The notes: a model not told the origin generated them from the letters alone. A stretch of 64,000 bases of DNA from Paragordius varius (GCA_964247055.1 OZ176050.1:14756001-14820000), one strand, 5' to 3'; positions 11,876-26,882 are shown, numbered from the stretch's first letter. Translations and numbers: made by a program.

Positions 11876-13446
11876 TCTATCATGTCGACTCTAGTCCTCA
11901 TTCATCCATTAGCACATTCATTAAAGTTTCAGAACTTGATCCCCCAATTTTACCTGATGAAGTTCAATACGCCTTAAAACAATTTTCATCCTCCAACTCC
12001 TTAGGTTACAATGATATCCCAATAAAAATTCTTCACACAATCCCCCTCTATTTCTAAACTGATCTTTTACAAAAAGTTTTTCAAACCTGTATTTGGCCGG
12101 ATGATTGGATTAAATCTTTTCTCCTACCCTTTTTTAAAAAGGGAAATCCCCATCTTTGTCAGAACTATAGAATGATCGCTATCACTAATAAACTATCTAA
12201 ACTTCTTCTCAAGATTATACTGAAAAGAATCTCATCCTCGTTGGACTATGAAATATCTGAGGTGCAGGCTGGCTTTAAAGCAAAGAGAAACACTACCAAT
12301 CATATAGTTAATCTTAATACAATAATTCGAAGATACAATGAATTTGGGAAAAGTCTATATTGCTGCTTTTTAGACTTCAGTATGGCATTTGATACAGTCA
12401 ACCACGACTGCCTATGGAGAATATTACGATCCTCTGGAGTTTCCCCGCACATAATACTCCTGCTTCAATCGCTGCATTCTAGACAAACAGCTGCGATTAA
12501 AACCCAATTCGGTCCCACCGACTGGTTTCCTATTCTCAGAGGTGTGAGACAATGATGTGTCCTTTCTCCCCTCCTATTTAACTTATACACAGAAACATTA
12601 ATACGCAATTGTAACTTTCCACAACATATTGGGGCACGGATCGGTGGTCTAACTATTTGCAATCTCCGGTACGCCAATGACACCATTCTCTTGTCAGAAT
12701 CCTACACGGACACGACCTATCTTTTAAATAATCTCACCATCGAAGCAAGTTTGATGGGTCTTAAGCTGAACCCAGCTAAATCTAAAATAATGATCCTAAA
12801 CGCTCCACAACTACCATTTACAATCAATAACTCCCCCATCGAACTAACCGATCACTGTAAATACCTAGGCTACATAATTACATCCGACGGTAGCTCGGAC
12901 CCCGACATACGAGCACGACTAGCATTGGGACGTGCTACTATGGGTAAACTGTCCAAAATTTAAAACTCGTCCGTCATAAGACTTCCAACTAAACTTGCCA
13001 TCCTGAAGGCGATGATATACCCCGTAGCAATTTATGGGTCCGAATCATGGATATGCAATTCCATTGACAAAGCTCGCATAAACTCTTTTCAAATGTGGTG
13101 CTTTCGAAAAATATTGAGAATCTCCTGGAAAGCCCACATCTCCAATTCTTACATACTCAAATTCATTAAACCCGAATTTTTACTTTACGATTTAATAACC
13201 TTTAAACAGCTAAAATATCTGGGTCATATCCTGCGATCCGACTCGCTAGAAAAAGGCATACTCTTTGGGTTGGTAGATGGCAACCGCAGAAGGGGCCCAC
13301 CCAAAAAGCGGTGGATCGATATGCTCAAATCAATAACAAATCTAACCTTTCATCAACTGTTGAGAGAAACACAGGATCGCCTAAAATGGAAACACTAATC
13401 TATGAGAAAGCCAAGAGTCAGTATATGACTAGCTTATAACAATAAC
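11876..13446 (+). mobile_element. 5'-truncated RTE (BovB-like) LINE, copy 1, disabled
   Basis: RT motifs FLDFSMAFD, GVRQ, YADD mutated to YAND, stops at ~12553 and 12961. 3' AAGAGTCAGTATATGACT hairpin plus (AAC/AAT) tail. Confidence 0.9.
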
Positions 13447-14477
13447 AATACTTCTTCAAAAGCAAATATTTGATTAGCAAATTAGATTATTATTTTGCGC
13501 CCTCGAAGACTTGTATTGAAAATACTAAGTTTATTAGTAATGTGGTGGGCTAATGACATCCATTCGTCACTTTTAACTTCCCAATGGAATTCCGTGTCTT
13601 AAAACAAAAAATCTATTTAGTACTTTGCTAAGGCATAATCATCACGCAGCGGTGTACAAAAAAATATAATAAAACTCACTGTGGACATCTCTAAGGTTTT
13701 TGAAATTACAGCGGTAGAATTTTCAGCCACGGATGTGGTTAACAATGTCCACAAGCGTTTTAATTACTGAATTTTGTGATTATATTTTACATGCGAAACC
13801 TTTCTGATGAATAAAGCAGTTAAAGGATAAAATATTTTGCAAATAGAAGAAATCCTTTGTTTATTCCAATCATAGAGGGACAGCCATCTATGCAGATCGA
13901 AACCACCATTTATTGGTCTTTCCCATTGCTCGTATACTCATTGTTTTGTGACATATTAAATGATTCGACAGATTTCCGTTTGACTAAATAAGAAATGGAG
14001 GGCATGTTGGAAATTTTCAGACCCAAAATTTGAGATGATTACTGATTGATATATATACATGATGATTATTTTTGCCAAACTCAAATTCTATGTGTTTGTA
14101 TAATGCCAGATAAACAAAATAGCGTCTGTATCAACTAATTGATTGCGCACTTTTCATTAGTCGTTTTTTAGTTAAACTGATAATGACTTATGACTAAACC
14201 TTGTTTACATAAAAGTGCATAGGTAAAATGTAATCATAATCAATAATCAGCTAAGGTTTTATTAAATTTTTAAAGATGCATCCGACCACCATTCATAGGT
14301 CGCAGTTATAATCTTTAATACCCATGTTGACTTAAAGTCCTTGTTCAAGTTGGTCCTGAACACCATATGTTTGTCCTTAGAACATTAAGTTAAAAACATT
14401 TTAATCTCCTTTCATTATTAAAACCATGTGATGTTCATCAATCCTAACACTTCTAATCTATTGGCTTTATAAAATAG

Positions 14478-14594
14478 GATTGGATTCTCGGTCAAGTGAA
14501 AGGAATGCCGTTGACGAATTATTTGTTAATAACACCGATATTCTCAAATCATTGGCTGATAAAGGAATTTCGCTAAATCATACAACATCCAAAG
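14478..14594 (+). CDS. Exon A (intact, 3-nt in-frame deletion)
   Basis: 117 nt, AG/GT: LDSRSSERNAVDELFVNNTD...HTTSK. Confidence 0.7.
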
Positions 14595-14981
14595 GTTTTT
14601 TGTTTACTGTAAGAATTGCATGTTTGGATGTGTACCATTGAATTAAATAGATAATGTCAAAATTAAATATAATTTGCAACATATTGTTAGAAAAGGCTAA
14701 AAAAGTGTATGATTTAATTTGTCTCCGTTAAAATGTTGCACTTGGATTAAAATGCTTTTGAATATAAAAAATGTGTCTTTGTTTAAAGGGTATTTATGAA
14801 AGGGCATTATAGAAACTGTTTTAGATATAGGCTATGGGAGTACACATTTAGGTTAAAGTTCTACTATTTTTAGTATTAGTATTTATATGAAATTATATTA
14901 TACTATAAACATCAAATTATATTATATTCATTTATCAAAAATAATTTTTGGTTTTATGTAAATTTTAACTATTTACATTAG

Positions 14982-15086
14982 AATTCGATTCTGCCTCAAA
15001 CCAATCTATCGAATCTAACAATACCAAAAAATCATCTGATATCAATATAGATAAGGCAGTAAATGGAATGACTAATACATCTCAAG
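14982..15086 (+). CDS. Exon B (intact, 3-nt in-frame deletion)
   Basis: 105 nt, AG/GT: ...DKAVNGMTNTSQ. Confidence 0.7.
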
Positions 15087-15318
15087 GTAAAAATTAAATT
15101 TTAATTTTACATATATGATGTTTATTACAGTTTTTAATGTTTTTTCCATTTGCTGTTATAAGAGTCATTTAACTAATCTTTCGTTAACATTTTATCAAAA
15201 AGTCCATTTTTAGCTTATATTAATCCACGTCCCTTTACTATGAAAACTTCTTGTTTTCTATGGTTCAGAATTTTGTAGAAAAGTCAATTTATTAGTGGAA
15301 TGCTTTGATGGTTTAAAT

Positions 15319-16850
15319 CAGTGGTACTCAATAAAAAAATTAGACGGGCCAAATAAAATATATTTTTTTTCGAGGGCCATTAACCTTTTTATGGCAAATA
15401 TTTTGACATATATGCACATATTTATACTGTAAGTCAGCATGATTTTTTTCGGATCCATGTGAATTCAGCTGAAAACTTGTTTAGCACCATTTATTTTATA
15501 AATTAAGATAGTTTCACCTCATGACAATCTCATCTTACTACGTCGTCCATATGATCATTGGTTAAGCGATATCTATGTATTCATGGAATACTTCATTTTT
15601 GAATATGCCGTCTCACACGTGTAAGTTGAGGGAAAAACAGTTAGCATAACTTGAGCACATTTTTTTTTATTTTTATATATATTTGACACATCTTGCCAAA
15701 ACTCTACATATCTCTCTTCTCTACGATTCTTCTTGAATATAGCCTCAAAATTGGAATCATTTTTAAAATTTACAAATTTTTCCATGATATGCGCTTGATC
15801 AAAACCGGAATGCTCAAGATGCTTAATAATGGATATATCCATATGCCACCTATTTTCAAAGAGTTTTAACCAATTTTTAATATTTTATTCTTGAAACTTA
15901 GATAAAAAGATAAATGATTGGTCGTTATTATTAATTGAATATCCGCGGTAAACCATATTCTCTTCATAAATCGTTTTTAGTGTTGGAAAATATAGGAATG
16001 TTTTATTTATTAATTCTTGTTTATATATTATTAATTTTTCTTGTAAAGCAAATATTTGTTTTGCAAATTGGGTTATTATTTTGCTCCCTTGAAGACTTGT
16101 GTTGAATATACTAAGTTTATAAGTATTGTCGCAAAGGTAGGCTAATAAAACCTTCCATTTGTCATCATAAATTTCCTCGTCAACCTTTCTGTTATCTTTT
16201 AATAATAATAGATTTTCATTTTTTAAAACAAAAAATCTTTTAATACTTTGCTAAGACTTAGTCATCAGCATCACACAGCAGTGGACTAAAGAATATAATC
16301 AAACACACTGTCTTTCATAAGGTTTGTAAATTTACGGCGGTTGAATTCTCTGCCAGGATGTGGTTACCAATGTCCACAACCGTTTTAATTACTGAATTGA
16401 GTGATTAACTTTTACACGCGTAACCTTGCTGATGAATAAAGCAGTGAAAAGATAAAATATTTTGCAAATCATATGTGCTTTTCAAAAGAGAAAGAAATCC
16501 TTTGTTTATTCCAATCATAAAGGGACAGCCATCTGTGCAGATTGAAACCACCTGTTTATTAGTCTTTCCCATTGCTTGTATACTCAGTGTTTTGTGACAT
16601 ATTATATGATCCGGCCGATTGCCGTTTGATGAAATAAGAAATGGAGCGCATGTTGGATATTTTCAGACCCAAAATTTGAGATGATTACTGATTTATATAA
16701 ATTATACGATATTTTTAGGCAATATCAAATTCTGTGAGTTTGTATAATGTCAGATAAACATAGCGTCTGTATCAACTAATTCATTGCGCACTTTTCGTTA
16801 GTCGTTTTTTAGTTAAACTGATGATGACTTAGGACTAAACCTTGTTTACA
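15319..16850 (-). mobile_element. hAT/mariner remnant, type I
   Basis: CAGTGGTACTCAA end. ORF 15573-15842 hAT dimerisation motif. Confidence 0.85.
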
Positions 16851-17607
16851 TAAAAGTGCATAGGTAAATCACTGAGAAACCGTATATCTTTATTATAATT
16901 TTGGATATTTATAAGATTTTAAGACCAATTATATAATATATAAGTTTTTTGAGTTATTATTTGCAGTTTTCTAATAATTTTGTTAAATTGGAAAAAAAAT
17001 TAGGAAATAAAAAGTGGTTTTCGAATAAAAATTTTTATTTTTAAATGAATTATATAATAAATAAAGAAAATTGGGTTAAAAAATAATAAAACAAAAAAAT
17101 AAATGCAAATATTATGATTAATTAAAATAAAATTTTAAGGACCAAATTAAAATGTTCAATGACCGACTTGAAGTGTGTAAGGGCACTAAGTGCAAATTGC
17201 ATATCAAAATATCTTAATTTAACTAAATGGTGCAAAACGAGCTTTCTGCTGAATTTACATAGATCTGAAAAAATTCATTGTGCTATTTAGAGTATAAATT
17301 ATTATATTTGCCATAATAAAGTTCATAGCCTTCGAAATATTTATTTGGCCCGTTTAATTTATTTGGTTAGTACGCCTGATTTAAACCATTAAAGCATTTC
17401 ACTAATAAATTGACTTTTCTACAAAATTCTGAACCAGAGAAAATAAGAGGATTTCTAGTAAAGGGACGTGGATTAAAATAAGTTAAAAATGGAGCTTTTG
17501 AGAAAATATTAACCATATTATTATTAAATGACTCTGATAACAGCAAAGCATTAAAAACTGTAAAAATTAACATTATAACGCATGTAGAATTAAAATATAT
17601 TTTTTAC

Positions 17608-17714
17608 CTTGAGATGATTTATTAGCGATTCCATTTACTGCCTTATCTATATTGATATCAGATGATTTTTTGGTATTGTTAGATACGATAGATTTGTTTG
17701 AGACAAATCAAATT
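17608..17714 (-). pseudogene. Antisense exon B copy with a 1-nt deletion
   Basis: 107 nt; gatttgtc vs gattctgtc. Confidence 0.7.
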
Positions 17715-18056
17715 CTAATATAAATAGTTAGATTTTACATAAAACGTAAAATTTAATGAAATAAATTGTTTTTAGTATAATATAATTTCTTAAATACAAC
17801 AAAAAAGTAGTAGAACTTTAATTGAAATTACTTCCAAAGCCTATATCTAAAACTGTTTCCATAATGCCATTTCATGAACACCTTTAAAACAAATGCCACA
17901 TTCTTAGTAAAAAGTGTTATCCAAATGCAACATAAATCTTACACTTTTTCAACCTTTTCTAACAATATGTTGCAAATTATATTTAATTTTGACATTATCT
18001 ATTTAATTCAATGGTACACATCCAAACATGCAATTGTTATATTAAACAATCTAAAC

Positions 18057-18176
18057 CCTTAGGTGTTGTATGATTTAGGGAAATTCCTTTATCAGCCAAT
18101 GATTTGAGAATATCGGTGCTATTAAGAAATAATTCGTCAACGGATGCATTCCTTTGACTTGACCGAGAATCCAATA
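18057..18176 (-). pseudogene. Antisense exon A copy (no acceptor AG)
   Basis: Reverse complement of 9833-9952, with the same acceptor loss. Confidence 0.8.
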
Positions 18177-18438
18177 ATATTTTATAAAGCCAATAGGTAA
18201 GAAGTGTTAGGATTGATGAACATCACATGGTTTTAATAATGATTAAAATGTTTTTTGTTTAAAAGGTGTTTGTGAAATGACATTATGAAAACAGTTTTAG
18301 ATGTAGACTTTGGAAGTACACATTTCGGTTAAAGTTCTACTACTTTTTTGTTGTATTTAAGAAATTATATTATACTAAAAATATCAATTTATTATATTAA
18401 ATTTTACGTATTATGTGAATTCTAACTATTTATATTAG

Positions 18439-18546
18439 AATTTGATTCTGTCTCAAACAAATCTATCGAATCTAACAATACCAAAAAATCATCTGATATC
18501 AATATAGATAAGGCAGTAAATGGAATCGCTAATAAATCATCTCAAG
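18439..18546 (+). CDS. Exon B (intact)
   Basis: 108 nt, AG/GT: FDSVSNKSIESNNTKKSSDINIDKAVNGIANKSSQ. Confidence 0.7.
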
Positions 18547-18770
18547 GTAAAAAATATATTTTAACATGTGTTATAATGTTAATTTATTCAGTTTTTAATG
18601 CTTTGCTGTTATCAGAGTCATTTAATAATAATATGGTTAATATTTTCTCAAAAGCTCCATTTTTAACTTATATTAATCACCGTCCCTTTACTAGAAATCC
18701 TCTTATTTTCTCTGGTTCAGAATTTTGTAGAAAAGTCAATTTATTAGTGAAATGCTTTAATGGTTTAAAT

Positions 18771-20716
18771 CAGGCGTACTAACCAAAAAATTAAACGGGC
18801 CAAATATATTTTTCGAGGGCTATGAACTTTATTATGGCAAATATAATATAAGCACATATTTATACTCTAAATAGCACAATGAATTTTTTCAGATCTATGT
18901 AAATTCAGCAGAAAGCTCGTTTTGCACCATTTAGTTAAATTAAGATATTTTGTATGCAATTTGCACTTCAATAGTGCCCTTACACACTTCAAGTCGGTCA
19001 TTGAACATTTTAATTTGGTCCTTAAAATTTTATTTTAATTAATCCTAATATTTGCATTTATTTTTTTATTTTATTATTTTTTAACCTAATTTACTTTATT
19101 TATTATATAATTCATTTAAAAATAAAAATTTCTATTCGAAAACCACTTTTTATTTCAAACTATTTTTTTTTCCAATTTAACAAATTTATTAGAAAAACTG
19201 TAAATAATAACTCAAAAAACTTATATATTATTGAATTGGTCTTAAATCTTATAAATATCCAAAATTATAATAAAGATATACGGTTTGTCAGTGATTAAAA
19301 GTTTATATGGATTTAAAGTTTTTGTTAAATAATAGAAAATAGGTTAAAAACTATAAAATAGATGAATGATATACGATTTGATTGATAAAAATTAAAAACT
19401 AAAGAAAATAGACAAAGGACCAACTTGAATTGTTCAAGAAATTTGAAGTGTTCAAGGACCAACTTAATATGTTCAAGGAACAACTTGAAATGTTCAAGGT
19501 CAGTCTTGAAATGCAAATGGTATAACAACCACTAATTTTTAACAAATTTGGTTTCACCTCATGACAGGCTCATCTTAATACGACGTCTATATTATCATAG
19601 GTAAGCGATATGTATGTATTTATGGCATTCTTAATTTTTGAATATGCCGTCTCTAACGTGTAAGTTGAGGGAATAACAGTTAGGAAAACTTGAGTACATT
19701 TTTTTATATTTTCATATTTATTTGACACATCTCGAAAAAACACTAATCTTTCTTCGCTACGAATCTCCTTGAATGTAGCCTCAAAAATGCTTAAGTTGCT
19801 TAAAATTCGATATATCCATATGCCCCACGGATTAGCAACGAGTCTTAAGCAATTTTTAATATTTCTTATTATTGAAAAATTTCATCTGCGGTAATAATCT
19901 CTTTATGAATTGTTTTAAGTTGGAAAATATAGGAGTGTTTTAATTATAAAATCTTGTTTATATATTATTAATACTTCTTCAAAAGCAAATATTTGATTAG
20001 CAAATTAGGTTATTATTTTGCTCCCTTGAAGACTTGTATTGAAAATACTAAATATATTAGTAATGTGGTAGGCTAATGACCTCCATTCGCCACTATAAAT
20101 TTCCCAAAAAATCCGTGTCTTAAAACAAAAAATCTATTTAGTACTTTGCTAAGGCATAATCATTACGCAGCGGTGTACAAAAAAATATAATAAAACTCAC
20201 TGTGGACATCTTTAAGGTTTTTGAAATTACAGCGGTAGAATTCTCAGCCACGGATGTGGTTAACAATGTCCACAAGCGTTTTAATTACTGAATTTTGTGA
20301 TTATATTTTACATGCGAAACCTTTCTGATGAATAAAGCAGTTAAAGGATAAAATATTTTGCAAATAGAAGAAATCCTTTGTTTATTCCAATCATAGAGGG
20401 ACAGCCATCTATGCAGATCGAAACCACCATTTATTGGTCTTTCCCATTGCTCGTATACTCATTGTTTTGTGACATATTAAATGATTCGACAGATTTCCGT
20501 TTGACGAAATAAGAAATGGAGGGCATGTTGGAAATTTTCAGACCCAAAATTTGAGATGATTACTGATTTATATAAATAATACGATATATTTAGGCAAACT
20601 CAAATTCTATGTGTTTGTATAATGTCAGATAAACAAAATAGCGTTTGTATTAACTAATTGTACTTTTCGTTAGTCGTTTTTAGTTAAACCGATAATGACT
20701 TATGACAAAGCTTGTA
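18771..20716 (-). mobile_element. hAT/mariner remnant, type II, empty RTE site
   Basis: Contains the MITE but reads aatcttgttatatattattaatacttc at ~19950 with no LINE. Confidence 0.85.
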
Positions 20717-20987
20717 ATAAAAGTGCATAGGTAAAATGTAATCATAATAACAATAATCAGCTAAGGTTATATTAAATATTTAAAGATGCATCCGACCACC
20801 ATTCATAGGTCGCAGTTATAATCTTTAATACCCATTTTGACTTAAAGTCCTTGTTCAAGTTGGTCCTGAACACCATATGTTTGTCCTTAGAACATTAAGT
20901 TAAAAACATTTTAATCTCATTTCATTAATAAAACCATGTGATATTCATCAATCCTAACACTTTAAACCTATTGCCTTTATATTATAG

Positions 20988-21107
20988 GATTGGATTCTCG
21001 GTCAAGTGAAAAGAATGCATCCGTTGACGAATTATTTGTTAATAATACCGATATTCTCAAATCATTGGCTGATAAAGGAATTTCGCTAAATCATACAACA
21101 CCCAAAG
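20988..21107 (+). CDS. Exon A (intact)
   Basis: 120 nt, AG/GT: LDSRSSEKNASVDELFVNNTDILKSLADKGISLNHTTPK. Confidence 0.7.
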
Positions 21108-21490
21108 GTTTAGTTTGTTTAATATAACGATTGCATGTTTGGATGTGTACCATTGAATTATATAGATAATGTCAAAATTAAATATAATTTTCAACATATT
21201 GTTAGAAACGGTTGAAAAAGTGTATGATTTAATTTGTCTCCGTTAAAATGTTGCACTTGGATTAAAATGCTTTTGAATATAAAAAATGTGTCATTTGTTT
21301 AAAGAGTTTTTATGAAATGGCATTATAGAAACTGTTTTAGATATAGGCTATGGGAGTACACATTTAGGTTAAAGTTCTACTATTTTTAGTATTAGTATTT
21401 ATATGAAATTATATTATACTATAAACAACAAATTATTTATTATCATTATCTAATTTTTGGTTTTATGTAATATTTAACTATTTACATTAG

Positions 21491-21576
21491 AAATCGATTC
21501 TGCCTCAAACCAATCTATCGAATCTAACAATACCAAATAAATAAGGCAGTAAATGGAATGGCTAATACATCTCAAG
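21491..21576 (+). pseudogene. Exon B with an internal deletion and stop
   Basis: 86 nt; ACC AAA TAA. Confidence 0.75.
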
Positions 21577-21807
21577 GTAAAAAATAAATTTTAATTTTAC
21601 ATATATGATGTTAATTAGAGTTTTTAATGTTTTTCCATTTGCTGTTATAAGACTCATTTAACTAATCTTTCGTTAATATTTTATCAAAAAGTACATTTTT
21701 TACTTATATTAATCCACGTCCCTTTACTATGAAATCTTTTTTTTTTCTATGGTTCAGAATTTTGTAGAAAAGTCAATTTATTAGTGGAATGCTTTAATGG
21801 TTTAAAT

Positions 21808-23312
21808 CAGTGGTACTCAATAAAAAAAATTAGACGGGCCAAATAAAATATGTTTTTTTCGAGGGCCATTAACCTTATTATGGCAAATATATTTGACATA
21901 TATGCACATATTTATACTCTGAATCAGCACAATGTTTCGCCATGTAAATTCAGGTGAAAACTCGTTTAGCACCATTTAGTTTAAAAATTAAGATATTTCG
22001 TTATAACCAATTTGACAAATTTAGTTTCGCCTCATGACAGGCTCATCTTACTACTTCGTCCATATGATCATCGGTTAAGCGATATCTATGTATTCATGGC
22101 ATACTTCATTTTTGTACCGTCTCACACGTGTAAGTTGAGGGGAAAACAGTTAGCATAACTTGAGCACATTTTTTTATATTTTTATATATATTTGACACAT
22201 CTTGCCAAAACTCTACATATCTCTCTTCTCTACGATTCTTCTTGAATATAGCCTCAAAATTGGAATCATTTTTAAAATTTACAAATTTTTCAATCATATG
22301 CGCCTGATTAAAACCGAAATGCTCTAGTTTAATAATGGATATATCCATATGCCACCTATTTTCAAAGAGTTTTAACCAATTTTAAATATTTAATTCTTGA
22401 AATCTCATTTAATATCCGCCGTAACTTCCATATTCTCTTCATGAAATGTTTTAAGTGTTGGAAAATATAGGAGTTGTTTATTTATAAAATCTTGTTAACA
22501 TATATTTAATTTTTCTTCAAATAAAAATATTTGATTAGATTGGGTTACTATTTTGCCCCAAAGAATTGTATTGAATATACTAATTTTATAAGTAATGACG
22601 CAAAGGTGGCTCAAAAAACCCTGCATTTGTCATTATAAATTTCCTCGTCAAACTTTTTGTTATATTTTAAAAATAATAGAATTTCTTGTCTTAAAACAAA
22701 AAATCTGCCAATACTTTGCTAAGACTTAGTCATCAGCATCACACAGCAATGGACTAAAGAATATAATCAAACACACTGTCTTTCATAAGGTTTGTAAATT
22801 TACGGCGGTTGAATTCTCTGCCAGGATGTGGTTACCAATGTCCACAACCGTTTTAATTAGTGAATTGAGTGATTAACTTTTACACGCGTAACCTTGCTGA
22901 TGAATAAAGCAGTGAAAAGATAAAATATTTTGCAAATCATATGTGCTTTTCAAAAGAGAAAGAAATCCTTTGTTTATTCCAATCATAGAGGGACAGCCAT
23001 CTGTGCAGATTGAAACCACCTGTTTATTAGTCTTTCCCATTGCTTGTATACTCAGTGTTTTGTGACATATTATATGATCCGGCCGATTGCCGTTTGATGA
23101 AATAAGAAATGGAGCGCATGTTGGATATTTTCAGACCCAAAATTTGAGATGATTACTGATTTATATAAATAATACGATATTTTTTGGCAAACTCAAATTC
23201 TATGAGTTTGTATAATGTCAGATAAACATAGCGTCTGTATCAACTAATTGATTGCCCCCTTGTTAGTCATTTTTAGTAAAACTGATAATAACTTATGTCC
23301 AAACCTTGTTAA
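21808..23312 (-). mobile_element. hAT/mariner remnant, type I
   Basis: CAGTGGTACTCAA end; ORF 22106-22348. Confidence 0.85.
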
Positions 23313-23585
23313 CATAAAAGTGCATAGGTAAAATGTAATCATAATAACAATAAATCAGCTAAGGTTTTATTAAAATTTTAAAGATGCATCCGGCCACCAT
23401 TCATAGGTCGCAGTTATAATCTTTAATACCCATTTTGACTTAAGGTCCTTGTTCAAGTTGGTCCTGAACACCATATGTTTGTCCTTAGAACATTAAGTTA
23501 AAAACATTTTAATCTCATTTCATTAATAAAACCATGTGATATTCATCAATCCTAACACTTTAAACCTATTGCCTTTATAATATAA

Positions 23586-23705
23586 GATTGGATTCTCGGT
23601 CAAGTCAAAGGAATGCATCCATTGACAAATTATTTCTTAATAGCACCGATATTCTCAAATCATTGGCTGATAAAGGAATTTCCCTAAATCATACAACACC
23701 TAAGG
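23586..23705 (+). pseudogene. Exon A with acceptor AG>AA
   Basis: tataa|GATTGG. The shifted AG would give 119 nt and a frameshift. Confidence 0.7.
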
Positions 23706-24093
23706 GTTTAGTTTGTTTAATATAACAATTGCATGTTTGGATGTGTACCATTGAAATAAATAGATAATGTCAAAATTAAATATAATTTGCAACATATTGT
23801 TAGAAAAGGCTAAAAAAGTGTATGATTTAATTTGTCTCCGTTAAAATGTTGCACTTGGATTAAAATGCTTTTGAATATAAAAAATGTGTCATTTGTTTAA
23901 AGAGTTTTTATGAAATGGCATTATAGAAACTGTTTTAGATATAGGCTATGTGAATACACATTTAGGTTAAAGTCCTACTACTTTTTAGTATTTGTATTAT
24001 ATGAAATTATATTATGCTATAAACATCAAATTATATTATTATCATTTATTAAAATTTTTTTGGTTTTATGTAAATTTTAACTATTTACATTAG

Positions 24094-24198
24094 AATTCGA
24101 TTCTGCCTTAAACCAATCTATCGAATCTAACAATACCAAAAAATCCTCTGATATCAATAATAAGGCAGTAAATGGAATGGCTAATAAATCATCTCAAG
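24094..24198 (+). CDS. Exon B (intact, 3-nt in-frame deletion)
   Basis: 105 nt: FDSALNQSIESNNTKKSSDINNKAVNGMANKSSQ. Confidence 0.7.
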
Positions 24199-24422
24199 GT
24201 AAAAAATAAATTTTAATTATACATATATGATGTTAATTACAGTTTTTAATGCTTTTTCCATTTGCTGTTATAAGAGTCATTAATCTTTCAGTAATATTTT
24301 TTCAAAAACTCCATTTTTAACTTATATTAATCCACGTCTTTTTACTATATAATCTTCTTGTTTTGTCTAATTCTGAATTTTGTAGAAAAGTCAATTTATT
24401 AGTGGAATGCTTTAGTTTAAAT

Positions 24423-25995
24423 CAGTGGTACTTAATAAAAAAAATTAGACGGGCCAAATAAAATATATTTTTTTTCGAGGGCCATTAAATTTTTAATGGC
24501 AAATATTTTGACATATATATATGCACATATTTATACTCTCTATCAGCACAATGAATTTTTTCGGATCCATGTATATTCAGCTAAAAACTAGCACCATTTA
24601 GTTTATAAATTAGGATATTTCGATAACAAAATTTATTTTGTTATTAACCAATAATTTTTGACAAATTTAGTTTCGCCTCATGAGAGGCTCATCTTACTGC
24701 GTCGTCCATATGATAATCGGTTAAGCGATATCTATGTATTCATGGAATACTTCATTTTTGAATATGCCGTCTCACACGTGTAAGTTGAGGGAAAAACAGT
24801 TAGCATAACTTGAACACATTTTTTTATATTTTCATATTTATTTGACATATCTTGCCAAAACTCTACAAATCTCATTTCGATTCTTCTTGTATATAGCCTC
24901 AAAATTGGAATCATTTTTAAAATCTACAAATTTTTCCATGATATGCGTCTGATCAAAACCGGAATGCTAAGTTGCTTAATAATGGATATATCCATATGCC
25001 ACCTATTTTCAAAGAGTTTTAACCAATTTATATTTTATTCTTGAAACTTACATCAAAAGGTAAATGATTGTCTATTATTAATTTAATATCCGCGGTAAAT
25101 CCCACATTCTCTTCATGAATTGTTTTTAGTGTTGGAAAAAGTAGGATTATTTATAAAATCTTGTTTATATATAATTAATTTTTCTTGTAAACAAATATAT
25201 ATATAGCAAATTGTGTAATTATTTTGCTATCTTGAAGACTTGTGTTGAATATCCTAAGTTTAGAAGTAATGTCGCAAAGGTAATCTAATAAAACCCTCCA
25301 TTTGTCTTCATAAATTTCGTCGTCAAACTTTCTGTTATCTTTTATTAATAATGGAATTTCATTTTTTAAAACATAAAATCTCTTAATACTTTGCTAAGAC
25401 TTAGTCATCAGCATCACACAGCAGTATACAAAAGTATATTACCAACTCACTGTGGACATCTTTGATAAGGTTTGTAATTTTACGGTGGTTGAATTCTCTG
25501 CCAGGATGTGGTTACCAATGTCCACAACCGTTTTAATTACTGAATTGAGTGATTAACTTTTACACGCGTAACCTTGCTGATGAATAAAGCAGTGAAAAGA
25601 TAAAATATTTTGCAAATCATATGTGCTTTTCAAAAGAGAAAGAAATCCTTTGTTTATTCCAATCATAGAGGGACAGCCATCTGTGCAGATTGAAACCACC
25701 TGTTTATTAGTCTTTCCCATTGCTTGTATACTCAGTGTTTTGTGACATATTATATGATCCGGCCGATTGCCGTTTGATGAAATAAGAAATGGAGCGCATG
25801 TTGGATATTTTCAGACCCAAAATTTGAGATGATTACTGATTTATATAATTATACGATATTTTTAGGCAATATCAAATTCTGTGAGTTTGTATAATGTCAG
25901 ATAAACATAGCGTCTGTATCAACTAATTCATTGCGCACTTTTCGTTAGTCGTTTTTTAGTTAAACTGATGATGACTTAGGACTAAACCTTGTTTA
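24423..25995 (-). mobile_element. hAT/mariner remnant, type I variant
   Basis: CAGTGGTACTTAA end; ORF 24732-24914. Confidence 0.85.
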
Positions 25996-26774
25996 CATAA
26001 AAGTGCATAGGTAAATCACTGAGAAACCGTATATCTTTATTATAATTTTGGATATTTATAAGATTTTAAGACCAATTATATAATATATAAGTTTTTTGAG
26101 TTATTATTTGCAGTTTTCTAATAATTTTGTTAAATTGGAAAAAAAATTAGTTTGAAATAAAAAGATGTTTTCGAATAAAATTTTTATTTTAAATGAATAA
26201 ATATATAATAAATAAAGAAAATTAGGTTAAAAAATGATAAAACAAAAAAATAAATGCAAATATTATGATTAAATAAAATAAAATTTTAAGGACCAAATTA
26301 AAATGTTCAATGACCGACTTGAAGTGTGTAAGGGCACTATTGAAGTGCAAATTGCATATCAAAATATCTTAATTTAACTAAATGGTGCAAAACGAGCTTT
26401 CTGCTGAATTTACATGGATCTTAAAAAATTCATTGTGCTATTTAGAGTATAAATATGTGCTTATATTATATTTGCCATAATAAAGTTCATAGCCTATGAA
26501 AAAATATTTATTTGGCCTGTTTAATTTTTTTGGTTAGTACGCCTGATTTAAACCATTAAAGCATTACACTAATAAATTGACTTTTCTACAAAATTCTGAA
26601 CCAGAGAAAATAAGAGGATTTCTAGTAAAGGGACGGTGATTAATATAAGTTAAAAATGGAGCTTTTGAGAAAATATTAACCATATTATTATTAAATGACT
26701 CTGATAACAGCAAAGCATTAAAAACTGTAAAAATTAACATTATAACGCATGTAGAATTAAAATATATTTTTTAA

Positions 26775-26882
26775 CTTGAGATGATTTATTAGCGATTCCA
26801 TTTACTGCCTTATCTATATTGATATCAGATGATTTTTTGGTATTGTTAGATTCGATAGATTTGTTTGAGACAGAATCAAATT
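26775..26882 (-). pseudogene. Antisense exon B with donor GT>TT
   Basis: ttaacttgag on +. Confidence 0.75.

Larger units (their letters stand above)
10632..14210 (-). mobile_element. hAT/mariner remnant, type II (contains TACCATTT MITE and RTE fragment)
   Basis: End CAGGCGTACTAACC after GTTTAAAT. ORF 11412-11600 TVIPSTYTLETAF. Mariner part from ~13911. Confidence 0.85.
16870..19293. repeat. Inverted-repeat structure 2 (spacer carries exon A antisense)
   Basis: Arms ~16870-17893 and ~18254-19293. Spacer is the reverse complement of the structure 1 spacer. Confidence 0.92.
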